Counted from the first letter of the whole stretch, positions 25,406 through 39,119 are shown. The stretch: 63,328 nt of DNA, filler included, from Octopus bimaculoides (GCF_001194135.2; 5 parts of 5 records of this genome joined end to end with filler, not necessarily neighbours in it), one strand, 5' to 3'. Translations and numbers: made by a program. The notes: generated by a model not told the origin, from the sequence alone.

Positions 25406-26086
25406 CGAAGTCTCCTGCAACTCTTCTGGACGGTCACCTTGTTTAAGTTCGTGAATGCTGCCGCAATTCTAGCCTTCACTTCATTTTTGATATTACAAGG
25501 AGTTTTGTTGGTCTCTCGCTCAACTGCGCCTACACATAATAGTCAAGCGGATTGCAGTCTGGGGAGTTAGCTGGCCAGATGTTAGGGGTGATGTGGTCGC
25601 AGAAATTGACAACCATGACTGGGTTCTCCTGCTTGTGTGGCATGGTGCAGAGTCCTGTTGCTAGACGTAAGGTCTTTCAGCAGCCACCTTCTTGACCCAG
25701 GGCAGTACTACCTCCTTCAGGCCATGTGGGAAGATGAATGGAGGCATAACGTCGCCATCTCTAGTGATCACTCAAAATACCATGATGTTGACTAGATGTT
25801 TGATTTGTATCACTCTCGGTACAAGTCTTCAGATTGTAGTCCTCAGATTGATAGCCAAACACTCTGAAATTATTCGTATTGTAACTTCCAGCGCGGATGC
25901 CAAGCAGTATAGCATGTCGTTTCCAAATTTTTGGTAGTGTAAATTGCGTCATGGTGCTGTTTTCCTCACAGACGGTGCCCAATTGACTCTACTATACTGT
26001 GTAGTCGACAAAATCAAAAAGAAACAATGCGCATGCGCAAAATACAAAATAATATAAAATGATGACAATTTACCTATCGCACCCTG
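25406..26086 (-). mobile_element. Internally deleted Tc1/mariner (maT/DD37D-like) element, 3' end lost
   Basis: Frameshifted transposase peptides (QQDSAPCHTSRRTQSWL; residues matching the D-C-N-P-L-D-Y motif); terminus cagggtgcgataggtaaattg next to TA. Confidence 0.85.
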
Positions 26087-27060
26087 TATATNNNNNNNNN
26101 NNNNNNNNNNNNNNNNNNNNNNNNNNNNNNNNNNNTTAATTAATTAANNNNNNNNNNNNNNNNNNNNNNNNNNNNNNNNNNNNNNNNNNNNTATATATAT
26201 ATATATATATATATGTGTGTATATAACAGGTTTGTTGAGTAGGGTATATATAACTCCAAGAATTCAATATCGGTGGTAAATATGAAGGATTTCATTCAAG
26301 TCGAAAATAACAGTACGCATTTCTCTTGCTCTCAACCACGGTCAGTCATGCCATAATAATTTCTGTGCATTTGTGCCATCCGACTTAATAGAGCTATAAT
26401 ACATGCGTACATACATACATACATACATACATACATACATACATACGTAAGTGTAAGGTGCGATGATCTAGGTGTAGGAAGTTAGTAAGCTTCGAGCAGT
26501 TTGTAGTAGGAATAAAATAACTTTCAGGAACAATATTTTACTGGCGTAGATGGTTGTAGGTTTTTTTCCCATATCGAAGTTCGATAAGCTGATTTTTTTT
26601 TATACGTCCTTCATGGTTAGCAACTTGGGTCGCTATGAACGCGAATGAAAATCCAATTTGAGAGAATGCAGCAGGTAAAATCAAACTACATATATTTCCT
26701 AGTGATTGCTCCATCTTCGCAGATGATTATCGTCTCTGTGCTTTCTCATTGTCAATGGCATTTCAAACTGACATTCCGTCCATGACTTTTTCAGCGACAC
26801 AGAAAACATAATTGGTATTATGTTTTATAAACCCGGCAAATGTCAGTTACATGCTCATAAAACTCAATTACGTGAACAAGTGCCAATAGCCCCCCCCACT
26901 CAGTGGCCCTTTATTTTTTCACCGGTAATGCCGATGAATGTGGTCGGCAAAATTGATCACGTAATTGAGTTTTATGTTAATGTAATTGATGCTTGTCGGT
27001 TTTATGAAACACGTGTAATTTATATAAAACATTAATACCGATATACCGATTACGATTTAC

Positions 27061-27107
<47 letters not shown>

Positions 27108-27127
27108 AAGGAAAAGTATAAGAGGGA

Positions 27128-27160
<33 letters not shown>

Positions 27161-27265
27161 TGACACGCCGACGTATATATATTTATTTATTTATATTTAT
27201 ATTTATCTATATGTGTGTGAGTGTACGTGCGTCACTCCCTCTTTCTCTCTTTTTCTCTCATTCCC

Positions 27266-27303
<38 letters not shown>

Positions 27304-27711
27304 CACACATACACACACACATATATACCATGTAGATGCATATTCAAACACATACACACATGTGCATATTACTGAAGTACGATGATATCTTTGATGTTTA
27401 ACCAATTACTACAATAGCAGAAATATATCTACATACAAAATTATCATCGATTAATAGCCATGTATAACACAATTGATTTGTTAAGGAATAAAAATCAATG
27501 AAATATCTTTTCTTCGATTATCAATGTTCCGTTGAATTTGGTTCTTTTGAGAAAAGGAGATAAAATATAACTAGAGCCATAAAGGACAAAGAGAAAGATA
27601 GAAAGAAACATAGATAGATAAATAGATACATACATACATACATACATAGACAGACATAGAGACAGACAGACAGACAGCTAGCTAGCTAGATGGATAGACA
27701 GATAGATAGAC

Positions 27712-27780
<69 letters not shown>

Positions 27781-28583
27781 GATAGATAGAAATACACATA
27801 TATATATTTTATTTCTACGAAGAAGCGGTGGCCAGTTTCTTCTAAGTTTCGGCAGCATAGCCTTCAGCGGACTGATCGACCATTGTTACCTGACCAAAAC
27901 TTCGAAGTTACCGTCAGCTGTGTTTTGCGAAAAATCATACTGAGTAAGCCTTCAAGTACATGACTGAGTTTCAAATATTACTATACTTAAAAATATATAT
28001 ATATATATATCTGTTTATATATTTGTGTGTGCGCGCGCGTATTTGTTTATAGCTATTTATCTATCTATCTATGCATGTGTGTGTGTGTGTGTGTTTATGC
28101 ATGTATGTATATATCGTCAGTAGTTCATATATCCGTAAAAGACGCACACTCTAAGACACTAGAGCAATAATATATTTTAGAAGATTGATTGTTATGACCG
28201 GTCAGAGAGTGACCATTCGCTTTGCACCTATAGAGTGCTTAACTGTATAGGCGACTCATCAAATTCAAAAGACCGGAGGCAGAGAGGTTATATGCCTCCG
28301 GTCATTCGCGTTTGACAAGTCGCTTGTTCAGCTCAGAGCTTTACAGATGTGAAACCAATGGTCACTGTTTGACTGACATAACAATCAGTCTTATAGATAG
28401 ATATGTTTCTTTATTGGCCACACTGGGCTGAATACAGAGGGGACAAAATACAAAGTAGAGCTGTTCTTTTTGAGAAGAGAAAAAAAGTGGGTGGGGGGTA
28501 GAATTTCGATCAAAAGGGATCGTGGAAAGAAGGAAAAAAAAATCGGAAGCCGATCAATAGGGATCGTGTATCACAGAAATGTC

Positions 28584-28636
<53 letters not shown>

Positions 28637-29848
28637 CGCACGGACACACATGTGAGAGATGTACGTTATCAAATGCTATCAATCTATCACATTTTATGCT
28701 TCCCTACCAGAGTTGTAATGGCAAAATCGTTAAAGTGCTGTAGAAAATGTGATTATACAATTTAATTTTGCATTTTGCATTTTGAGTTTAAATTCTACCG
28801 GATATGGTTTTGTTTTTCACCCCACCCCACATCGTTATATAAGAACTAGTATCAGTTGTTTAGTCCCACTTTTACCTTTATTATGCAGATAAATGATCAA
28901 AGTCGTGTCCAATTCCGTTTTTTTAACCAATCATAGAGCATCTAGAGCCAGTATGGGTAACCTTTTTTCGGGAAGCGGGCCCCATACAACATGGCTCATC
29001 ATCAGATGGGCAGCGCCATTAAAACTATCCAAGGTTATTTTTCCTTTATGTGTGCCTTTCAGAAAGTCCCGCGGGCTGCAGTTTGCCTATCACTGACCTA
29101 GGGTAATAAATCTTATGTGATCGCTCCTTAGTTTAAAAAAAAAAAAAATCAGTAGTCATGATATGATGGAGATGAGGGTATTATTTATAGCAGTGTGAAC
29201 GATTACGTAGAGACTCCGTCGCTGGTACAGTTAAGTACCATTTATTATTGTTTTTGTTATTGTATTTTGGTCCCAGGCCACAACTGATACAGCAGGTTTG
29301 TGATCAAAAGCGCTCCATCCAAGCCCATTGCCGATTTGTTATTTTGTTTATTTGTTTTTTTTCAGCCATTTTGTATTTCCGACATAATAATCCAATGTAT
29401 CCTTTATCTTTTTTTTTTTAAGACAGCGGAGTACGTTTTGAGCGATATTGGCTAATATTTCTAGCTGATCGAGCCACAACGTAAAAACACCCTTTACAAG
29501 CTTGATTAAACCCCAGTAATTGTACTGGGTCGATTCAGTCCATTACATCTCCCTTAACTTCAGATGTATAACCTTGTGCCATTGTGAAAAATATAGAAAA
29601 CAAAAATCAATATTTCCTACATTCCTTATCGCAATTTATGCCAACGGCTAATTTTAACGTAATCGAACCTACAAAGAAAATATTTCCTGCTGCTAAAAGC
29701 TAATAAGATCTGCCGTATGGAAGTTAATTACAATGACTGCTGCATCAATATTGCTTGAAGAACCGTTTAATTCTATAATACATCAACATAGTGGCTTGCT
29801 TGTTAGCATGAAATGCAATTACATTTTCATCCACTTTTATTATTATTA

Positions 29849-29917
<69 letters not shown>

Positions 29918-30349
29918 TCTCTCACCGTTACCACCAACATCGTTTATAGAATCTGTACAACACTTCCGCTTGTTTTTGTGTCTCTTCTGTACGATATATC
30001 TGTTTATTGCCTGGCAGACCCCTGTGGCCAATAAATAATCCATGATGATTACCAGTATTATTCATCATGTGAATTGGTAGAATTGTAAAAGTGGGGAAAC
30101 AAAAGTTCCATGTACTTTGTTCTGGTACTTTGCCTTCTAAATTCGAATCCCGCGGAAATTATCTTCGTCTTTTATCCTTTCAGGGTCGTTAAAAATAAAG
30201 TAAAAGTCAAATATTAGAATTGGTTTAACTGAATAACCTAACCATTCTGGCTTGGGGATTAGGGATTATGAAAAAAAAAAGAAAAAAGAAAGGAAGGAAA
30301 AGCCCGTTCAATTCCTGCCGATGGCAGCTTTGCCTTTATCCTACTTTTT

Positions 30350-30629
30350 CTTTTCTTTTCGCCCTTTCAAAGCCTAGCCAGGCACATGGGCTCAGTTTCC
30401 CGGTTTCTATGGCGTATGGCGATGGCCAGTCCATCGCAGCGCTACTCCAGAAATAGGAAGAAAGAGTGAGAGAAAGTTGGGGCAAAAGAGTACAAGTGTC
30501 GCTACCACCCTCTGCTGGAGCTTATGTGTTTTCGCTCAATAAACACTCAAAACGCCCGGTCTAGGAATTGAAACCGCAATCCTCCGACCGCGAGTCCGCT
30601 GCCCTAACCACTGGGTCATTGCGCCTCCA
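30350..30629 (-). mobile_element. SINE family C variant with 13-bp TSD, nested in a family B copy
   Basis: Family C head; cctttatcctact is duplicated at 30333-30345 and 30630-30642. Confidence 0.85.
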
Positions 30630-30744
30630 CCTTTATCCTACTGGAGTTGGTGAAATAAATACCAGCCAAGTACTGGGATCGATTTTGTCGACTAATTCCT
30701 TTTCTCTCAAAATTGATGGGCTTGTGCCAAAATTTGAAATCCCA

Positions 30745-30795
<51 letters not shown>

Positions 30796-31322
30796 GAGTG
30801 AGAGAGCAGTGCATGCCATCAAAGTGACACTAGAGTAAAATATAAAAAGCCACGTATACCCATCATGACTACCCGTCTGATAAAGGTACACCAGGCACAT
30901 GCATCACAACCAGATGTGCGCGACAATGTGATCTCATATCAAGATAAATAGTGCATGACTTTGAAGGCGGAGCCCAGTTTGAATTTTCTTCCGGTCGAGT
31001 AGACCACCCCGCTCAGAAGGCTGTTTAAGGATGTTGAACGAAGCACCCATGTTTCCAAAGATGAATTATTCACAACCCCACAGAATTCCTCTCAACTCAT
31101 GGTTATGATTCTCTCTCTCACTACTTCTGCTCGTGCTTAGTGATGCACATGTCGTCAGCCACTAAGGGACATGCTCAACTACCTAAGGTCAAGCAACTGA
31201 CAAGCAGATCTGTGGTATTGAGCAGAATATTTGCTATAGCCCATCTTTTATGCCAAGACGTACATGATAACACTTTCAATCAGTTAAGATCAGCAGCCAT
31301 GACAGCCGACACTTGGTACTGC
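30745..31322 (-). mobile_element. Retroposon or LINE 3' region ending in an (AAT)n tail
   Basis: Non-coding GC-richer block bounded by an (ATT)n tract at its minus-strand 3' end; class inferred only. Confidence 0.45.
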
Positions 31323-31342
31323 ATTTGTTGTTGTTGTTATTA

Positions 31343-31415
<73 letters not shown>

Positions 31416-31456
31416 TACTACTAATAATAATATTATTATTATCATTACTATTACGA

Positions 31457-31692
31457 AAGGTGGTGAGCTGGCAGAATTGTTAGCATGCTGTACAAAACGC
31501 TTAGCGGTCTTTCGCCCGTCGCTACGTTCTGAGTTCAAATTTGGCCGAGGTCGACTTTGCCTTTCATCCTTCCGGGGCCGGGCCGATAAATTAAGTACCA
31601 GTCAAGCACTGGGGTTCATGTGATTGACTTGCCTCCCCACAAAAAGGCCTTGTACCTATAGTAGAAAGGATTATTACTATTATTTTTATTAC

Positions 31693-31738
<46 letters not shown>

Positions 31739-32197
31739 GAAGGCGACGAGCTGGCGGAATCGTTAGCACGCCGGACAAAATGTTTAGCAGTATGAGTTCA
31801 AATTCCGCCGTGGTCGACTTCGCCTTTCATCTTTTTGGGATCTATAAATTAAGTACCGGTGAAACACTGGGGTCAGTGTAATCGACTAGTCAGTCCCCTC
31901 CCCACAGATTTGAGGCCTTGTGCCTCCAGTAGAAAGGATTATTATTATTATTATTATTATTATGGAGGGCGGCGAGCAGAATCGTTAACACGCCGGACAA
32001 AATGTTTAGCGGTATTTCGTCTGTCGCTACGTTCACAGTTCAAATTCCGCCGAGATCGACTTTACCTTTCATCCTTTTGGGATCGATAAATTAAGTACCA
32101 GTGAATCACTGGGGTCAATGTAATCGACTAGTCTTCTCCCTACAAAATTGAGGCCTTGTGTATCCAGTAAAAAAGGATTATTATTATTATTATTATT

Positions 32198-32268
<71 letters not shown>

Positions 32269-32950
32269 GGAAGGCCCCGAGCTGGCTGAATTGTTAGCAC
32301 GCAGGGCAAAATGCTTAGTGACAATTCGTCAGACCTTACATTCTGAGTTCAAATTCCGCTGAGGTCGACTTTGTCTTTCATCTTTTCGTGGTCAATGAAA
32401 TAGGTACCTGCTATGCACTGAGGTCGATGTAATTGACTAGTCCCTTGCTCCACAATTTCAGGCCTAGTGCCTTTAGTAGAAAGGATTCTTCTTCTTCTTC
32501 TTTTTCTTGTCATTATTATTATTATTATTATTATTATCATTATTGGATGACGGTCGCGAGCATAGTGCGAATGAGTAGGCCTACACAAAGCATGCACCTT
32601 TGGATTGAAAGAAGACAATGGCCAAATGCGTCGTGGTTTAGTGGGATTTCTACGGTTAGTCCTCAGAAGTCCCCCTCTTATGGGGAATTATTTATTGTTA
32701 AAATTTTATTTTAACAATTATTTCTGTTTAGGTGTCCTGCATCTTTTTTTTTTTTGTAAACCCTTAATGGTTAATAGACAAACGGTAGCAGAATCGTTAG
32801 TGCGCCGGGCAATATGCTTAGCAGTATTTCGCCCGTGTATACGTTCTGAGTTCAAATTCCGTCGAGGCCGACTTTGGAATTGATGAAATAAGTACCAGTT
32901 ACGTACTGGAGTCGATGTAATTTCAAGCCTTGTGCCTATAGTAGAAAGGA
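31457..32950 (+). mobile_element. Head-to-tail array of five family B SINEs separated by (ATT)n tracts
   Basis: Units at about 31457, 31739, 31964, 32269 and 32775, each ending gtagaaagga(tta)n. Confidence 0.9.
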
Positions 32951-34734
32951 TTATTATTATTATTTTCTCTGAGTACCACGGGAATGTGTTTTTATAAGCT
33001 TCACTTGTTTTGTTATTTTTGGCCGAAAAATGAGAATTTTAGTGTTATTTTGTCTTCCCTTAATAACTTTATCGCGAAGCTGACGCACATTAATAAGGCG
33101 CGGTTTTTTTTTCTGTTATGAAATATTTCATAGGTTGGTGATTCTGTTCAATAAAATTGCAATTAAAAAAAAAAGAAAAGAAACTGATATCTTCTTTTTC
33201 AATAAAATAAAGTGTATGTATCCGTATTTAGAGGAATAATGTGTGGAATTTTTCGAATTGAGAACAAACAGCGGTATGGTCGCAATGACGACAACGATTT
33301 TGACGTCATTGCTATGCCATTATCTACTGCTACAATACATTGACGTCACTATAGATTAACGAGAGAAATGGTAGTAACATAACAGCAGTAACTGCAAGAT
33401 CAGCAACAAGTGCAACAACAACAACAATGGAAACCATAAAAAAAGACCAGTAACAAGGAACAACACTCACAACAAGGAAAACATCAATAGTGACAACTAT
33501 AAAACTATATGGAGTATATTTTGTCCACTCCACAAACCAATCGTCAACAAACATACATCAAGGACAATCAGAAGTGGTTTAAAAAATAGAAGAACGATAA
33601 TGTTCGCTCCAGAGTGATGTTGCTTTCCGCCGAAGAAGAAACAGACATTAAAAAGAAGAAAAAGAAAAAGATACCATTTTTTTTCTGGTGAATAGTTCGC
33701 AGACAAATTTGCAGGATCCATTTCCAGCTAAAATCAAGAAATTCTTCGTAAAATTGAAGTCCGCAGAAATCTGCATATCGAGAGGTAAACGTTACAAGAT
33801 GGTAAAAACCATCTGCAAAAGCGAGCAAGAAGCCCTAAAAATTACTACAGAACATACAAATCTCAAAATAGAATAAAAGAGGAGATTTAAGTTTAGCATT
33901 TTAATAAGAATTTACATAATTTTACACGTATTTCACTAGCATATACTAGTACGATGTATGGTAATTGTTACATAGGCAATTGCATTACCAACTTCAAATT
34001 TTCTTTGATCTAAGATAGTTTAAGTACTGAATTTCCTTTTCCCCGTAGACAGTCTGATCACAGTTATTACCTTTGCCTCTTTCTTTCTCTATTTATCTTT
34101 TTGATAACATAACCTTTCTTTCTTGATGGCTATATATATACAACGTTCTCCAAAACTTACACGCAGGTCTCATTTAGTGCTGCATACCAACAGTGGTTGG
34201 TACATAACAATGGTTAAATTACTACATTCTTCTGAAGATCTAACGTTTCAGCGTGATTATGCAATCGTCTACATGACGACTACAGCACGACATACTCGTT
34301 TCCGATAGTGAAACATGTGTAAAGATCGTGTAAATTATGATGTCACAATATAAAAACACACTAAATCATCTGTTTCATTCTGTTCTCAGATATACAGTTC
34401 GTAAATTTATATAATACAGAAAGAAATTTATATAATACAAATTGAAATTTGAATAAAGTTAGATTCTACACGGAGTTGTAAGCATTGGTCAAGGGCTAAG
34501 TTATCTCATTCTATATAGTGATTTGTTAATACACCCCCATCTCTCTCTCTCACACACACACAAATATATATATAATACGACGGGCTTCTTTCAATTTCCG
34601 CCTATATACATATATTGTCAGCAAACTTGGAAGCGTCGAGTGGGTTGGTACTTTACAATTATATAGAAAATAAAGTAAATTTCAAACGCGGAATAACTGT
34701 GAAAATACAGTTCTATATTTAGGAGATGAGGAAT

Positions 34735-34977
34735 TACGTACATTATTTGACAGATATTTATCCTCATCTTGTTTGTTGTTTATACAACGTTTCGGCTGAT
34801 ATACCCTCCAGCCTTCATCGGGTATCTTGGGGAAATTTCGAACCAGGGTTCTCATTCCTAAGGTTATTTTCGATGTTGTTCCCCAAGACAGGCTGGAGGG
34901 TATATCAGCCGAAACGTTGCGTTAACAACAAACAAGATGAGGACAAATATCCGTCAAATGTAAATAATGTAGATAAT
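34735..34977. mobile_element. Fold-back element with hammerhead-bearing arms (Penelope-like terminus)
   Basis: Arms tcctcatcttgtttgttg...aacgtttcggctgatataccctccagcct and aggctggagggtatatcagccgaaacgtt...caacaaacaagatgagga. Confidence 0.7.
34782..34825 (-). ncRNA. Hammerhead motif with U4C substitution
   Basis: ATAC-CCGATGA-A-GGCTG(gagggtatat)CAGCC-GAA-ACGT-T-GTAT; all three stems can form. Confidence 0.6.
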
Positions 34978-37482
34978 GACTGTGAAAACAGTCAAGAAAA
35001 TTGGGTAGACACCCCTGGAAGACAGAAAAAAAAAGTTGCCAGCAGGCAGCTACAGAGAACCGAACCCTGAACCTCTCAGATACCGGCTGAGCTGCCTGCT
35101 GGAAATTTTTTCCATTTTCTTAGTTATTCCAAAAGGTATTCTTGGCATCCAAGACTATTTTTATTTAGGAGAATGCTAATAGATGCGGCTGGTTGTAGAC
35201 AGTGGAAACCTTAAACGTTGCCTTTGTGGTAGAACTAAGTCAACTTAAGGCGTTCTGACCCACAGGGAAGAGAGTGGGAGTGGAGTGCCGTACAGTACCG
35301 CCACCCCTGCCCCGGTTGCAACACTGTCACATGCACCGGTGGTCAGTAGCTAAGTGATACAAACAACAACAAATGGCGAGGTCGACGTCAGCAACAATAA
35401 TACCTACTACAGGTGTGCAAGAGATACGTTTTGAATATATCTTTTCGGCAAACAATAAGGGCTGAAAGAAACGCCTGTGAGCACAAATATAGCACAATCA
35501 GATCTCTCGAAAGAGGAGACTGATAGAGAAGTTACAAGTCGCAAAAGATGGAGCATTTGTCAAAGAGGATGAAGATTAGGTCATGAGGAGCAAACGAACT
35601 GACCCCTAAAATACGAAAGTTTAACAATGATAATGAATTGAATCTTATTCAAAACGTGGCTGGCAAACACTAATCGATCGACAGGATAACACCCACAACA
35701 TATATAAGAATAACAACACAGTAGTGATGGTTGTTGGGGTGGTGGTGGCGGTAACGGTATTGGTGCTGGTGGTTGTGGTGGTGGTGGTCGTAGAGTACGA
35801 GGAGGACGGGCAGAAGAGGAGGAAAAGAGGAGAGATTAACATAATTCGTTCGTTTCTGCCTGTAATTTTCACAAATAACTTGTTACGCTTGTATCAAGAA
35901 ACGTATTATTCATTTTGCATTTACGCTGAACACAAACACAAACACATAGACACATACACACACACGCACGCACACACACACACATACACACACACATATA
36001 TATGTATACATACACATACATACACCAATATATCCTCTCCCAGACAATTTTCTATCACCACCATCACTATCAACATCTACACGAAACCATTTATCTACAA
36101 AGGATAAGATAAAAAAAATAATAGTATTTATTTAAAAAAAAAGGGAAATGTAAACAACTAGAAGAAGAAGAAGAAGAAGAAGAAGAAGAAGAAGAAGAAG
36201 ANNNNNNNNNNCCAACAAAGCTATTTTCTTTGTATTCAGTTCAATAATTATAATCAACCACAATTTAGAGGGGAAAAAATAAACACAAATATGCAAGTAA
36301 ATGATTGGATATATATATATATATATAAGGTATTCATGCATACATAAACAAACACAACATACGGACGCATACATATGCATACATGCAAATACACGCATAG
36401 ATATATATGCATACACACGTACAGACACAAACACAAACACACATGTACGATAGAATGACAGAATAAATATATAAAAGAATATATGAATATATAATTAAAT
36501 AACTGAATAAATAAATAAATGAATAACTGTGCAAAAAATTATGAAGTAAAAGAACGCACTAACCAAATAATAAATAAATTTAATACATCAATAGATAAAT
36601 AAACAAATATATAGTAGATTGTCTAAATAACGTAATACATTGTAAAATGTTTCAATTTAAAGATGTATTAGAAGAATTTAGAATTGTTTCTGTGCTTCTG
36701 TGAGAAAAAATAATAAAGTGTGTAAGCAGANNNNNNNNNNNNNNNNNNNNNNNNNNNNNNNNNNNNNNNNNNNNNNNNNNNNNNNNNNNNNNNNNNNNNN
36801 NNNNNNNNNNNNNNNNNNNNNNNNNNNNNNNNNNNNNNNNNNNNNNNNNNNNNNNNNNNNNNNNNNNNNNNNNNNNNNNNNNNNNNNNNNNNNNNNNNNN
36901 NNNNNNNNNNNNNNNNNNNNNNNNNNNNNNNNNNNNNNNNNNNNNNNNNNNNNNGTGTGTGTGTGTGTGTGTGTGTGTGTGCAAAATAACGCTACATCAT
37001 TCTCGAAGCGAATTTGGCAAAATAAAATTGAGTGGCTCTATAGAAATTGCATAGTAATTTTAAGCTGAGCCATTCTTTAAAAGAACAGTCCAATATGGTG
37101 CATTTTATGTTTAGCTGAGAAGTCTCATATCACCTTTTAAACCAACGATAACGAACCAAAAACCAGAATTAATGTCAGCTTACATACATACAGCAGTTTT
37201 GCTATGTCTTTTAGGAATAACATTCACAGCATCGGTAAATTTATTACATCAATTGTGATACGCAGCTATATCTTCAGTAATAACAATACAGTCTACTGAA
37301 GAAGACTGCTGTATCCAAATTATCACATACCAGTGTGAAACCATGGTACGGAAGTGGCTACGGATATTAAGGATACATAATACATACTTATACATACTAT
37401 CTATGTATATATCTATCTATCGCCATATATATATATATGTATGTATATGACAAAAAAGGCAAATGAAAGTTGAAATATTTGC

Positions 37483-37661
37483 GATGATCTTGTCTTATTT
37501 CGTGGTGTCACTGAAGACAGTATGTGTGCGTTTATGACTCAGTACCTATTACATGAAGATATCTACAAAAATGTAATGGGAAAACACACACGCGTGCGCT
37601 CGCACAATACACACACACACATGCCGTCTTCGGTGACATCACGAGTTGGGACAAGATCATC
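37483..37661. repeat. Imperfect inverted repeat with ~45-bp arms
   Basis: gatgatcttgtc...cgtggtgtcactgaagacagtatgtgtg and cacacatgccgtcttcggtgacatcacg...gacaagatcatc. Confidence 0.8.
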
Positions 37662-38113
37662 CACTATGTATGCCTTTATCATCTGTATTCAAAATTGTCG
37701 ACACCATTTCGAGTGGAGAATACCATAAAGAAACAGAAACATTAAAAAAAACAGAAAGGTGAGAGAAAACAATCAAAAGAATACAATAACTTTTAAGAAT
37801 TAACAAGAAATATAAAATATATGAAAAAAATTACAAAACACTAACCAAATACAATATTTGACTCACCAGACAATAATTCACCCATATAAATTACCGTGTC
37901 GCTTGCTTCTAATCTAACCAAACAATAACCTGTCTTCATAATACTACTACGCAGTTATTCTAACCATCATTAGTTAATGTACACTAACAGTCTACATGCT
38001 TTACACGTTTTTATTCATTCTGTTACATAAGTAATATTTTCGTTACTATATTCATTACCATTACACAAATAAATCACTATTGTAGCAATAGGAAATTGTG
38101 TAGTTCTGTTTTG

Positions 38114-38153
<40 letters not shown>

Positions 38154-38441
38154 GTATATAGAATTTTGATATTTTTTGTAATTCGTTTTATTGATGTAAT
38201 TGTAATTGCAGTTAATATATTTTTTTTACATAATCACGAATTCCAAATTATCTACTTTCTCTGAAGTGAATTATACACACNNNNNNNNNNNNNNNNNNNN
38301 NNNNNNNNNNNNNNNNNNNNNNNNNNNNNNNNNNNNNNNNNNNNNNNNNNNNNNNNNNNNNNNNNNNNNNNNNNNNNNNNNNNNNNNNNNNNNNNNNNNN
38401 NNNNNNNNNNNNNNNNNNNNNNNNNNNNNNNNNNNNNNNNN

Positions 38442-38497
<56 letters not shown>

Positions 38498-38755
38498 CTT
38501 ATATGAATATCCACAATCATATAGACACGCACACACACAGATACATATATGTATATACTTACACATTTATGTATATGCATACTTATATATGTGTATTCAG
38601 ATATACATCTATATATATATATATATTATATGTAAGTGTGGCGAGAAATCTACTTTCTCTGAAGTAAATTATGCACACACACATACAGATACACATACAT
38701 ACATACATACATACATACATAAATACATACATACGTACGTACGTACATACATACA

Positions 38756-38787
<32 letters not shown>

Positions 38788-39035
38788 TGTGTTCAACATT
38801 TATATATACATATATACATACATATATCTATATACATAGACATACATGCTTATACGTGTACGTGTGTAGAGATTTAGCACTTCAATCCACAATTGATTAA
38901 TTGACAAAACATTTGTTTTGCATTTTTTTCCTGAAAGTAAATTTTCCATGTAATTTAAAGCAATCAGTGATAAAATTAGATTCCAGATTATTTCGACCTT
39001 CACAGAAAGAAATGTATTTCTTTTCTCTTTCATTC

Positions 39036-39119
<84 letters not shown>

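Noticed and set aside
31457-32950. CRISPR-like repeat-spacer periodicity
   Set aside because: The units are ~200-bp SINEs with microsatellite spacers in eukaryotic DNA, and there are no cas genes
38249-38682. Direct repeat atctactttctctgaagt.aattat.cacac flanking a gap
   Set aside because: Probably a redundant contig overlap or a common repeat end; cannot be resolved across the Ns
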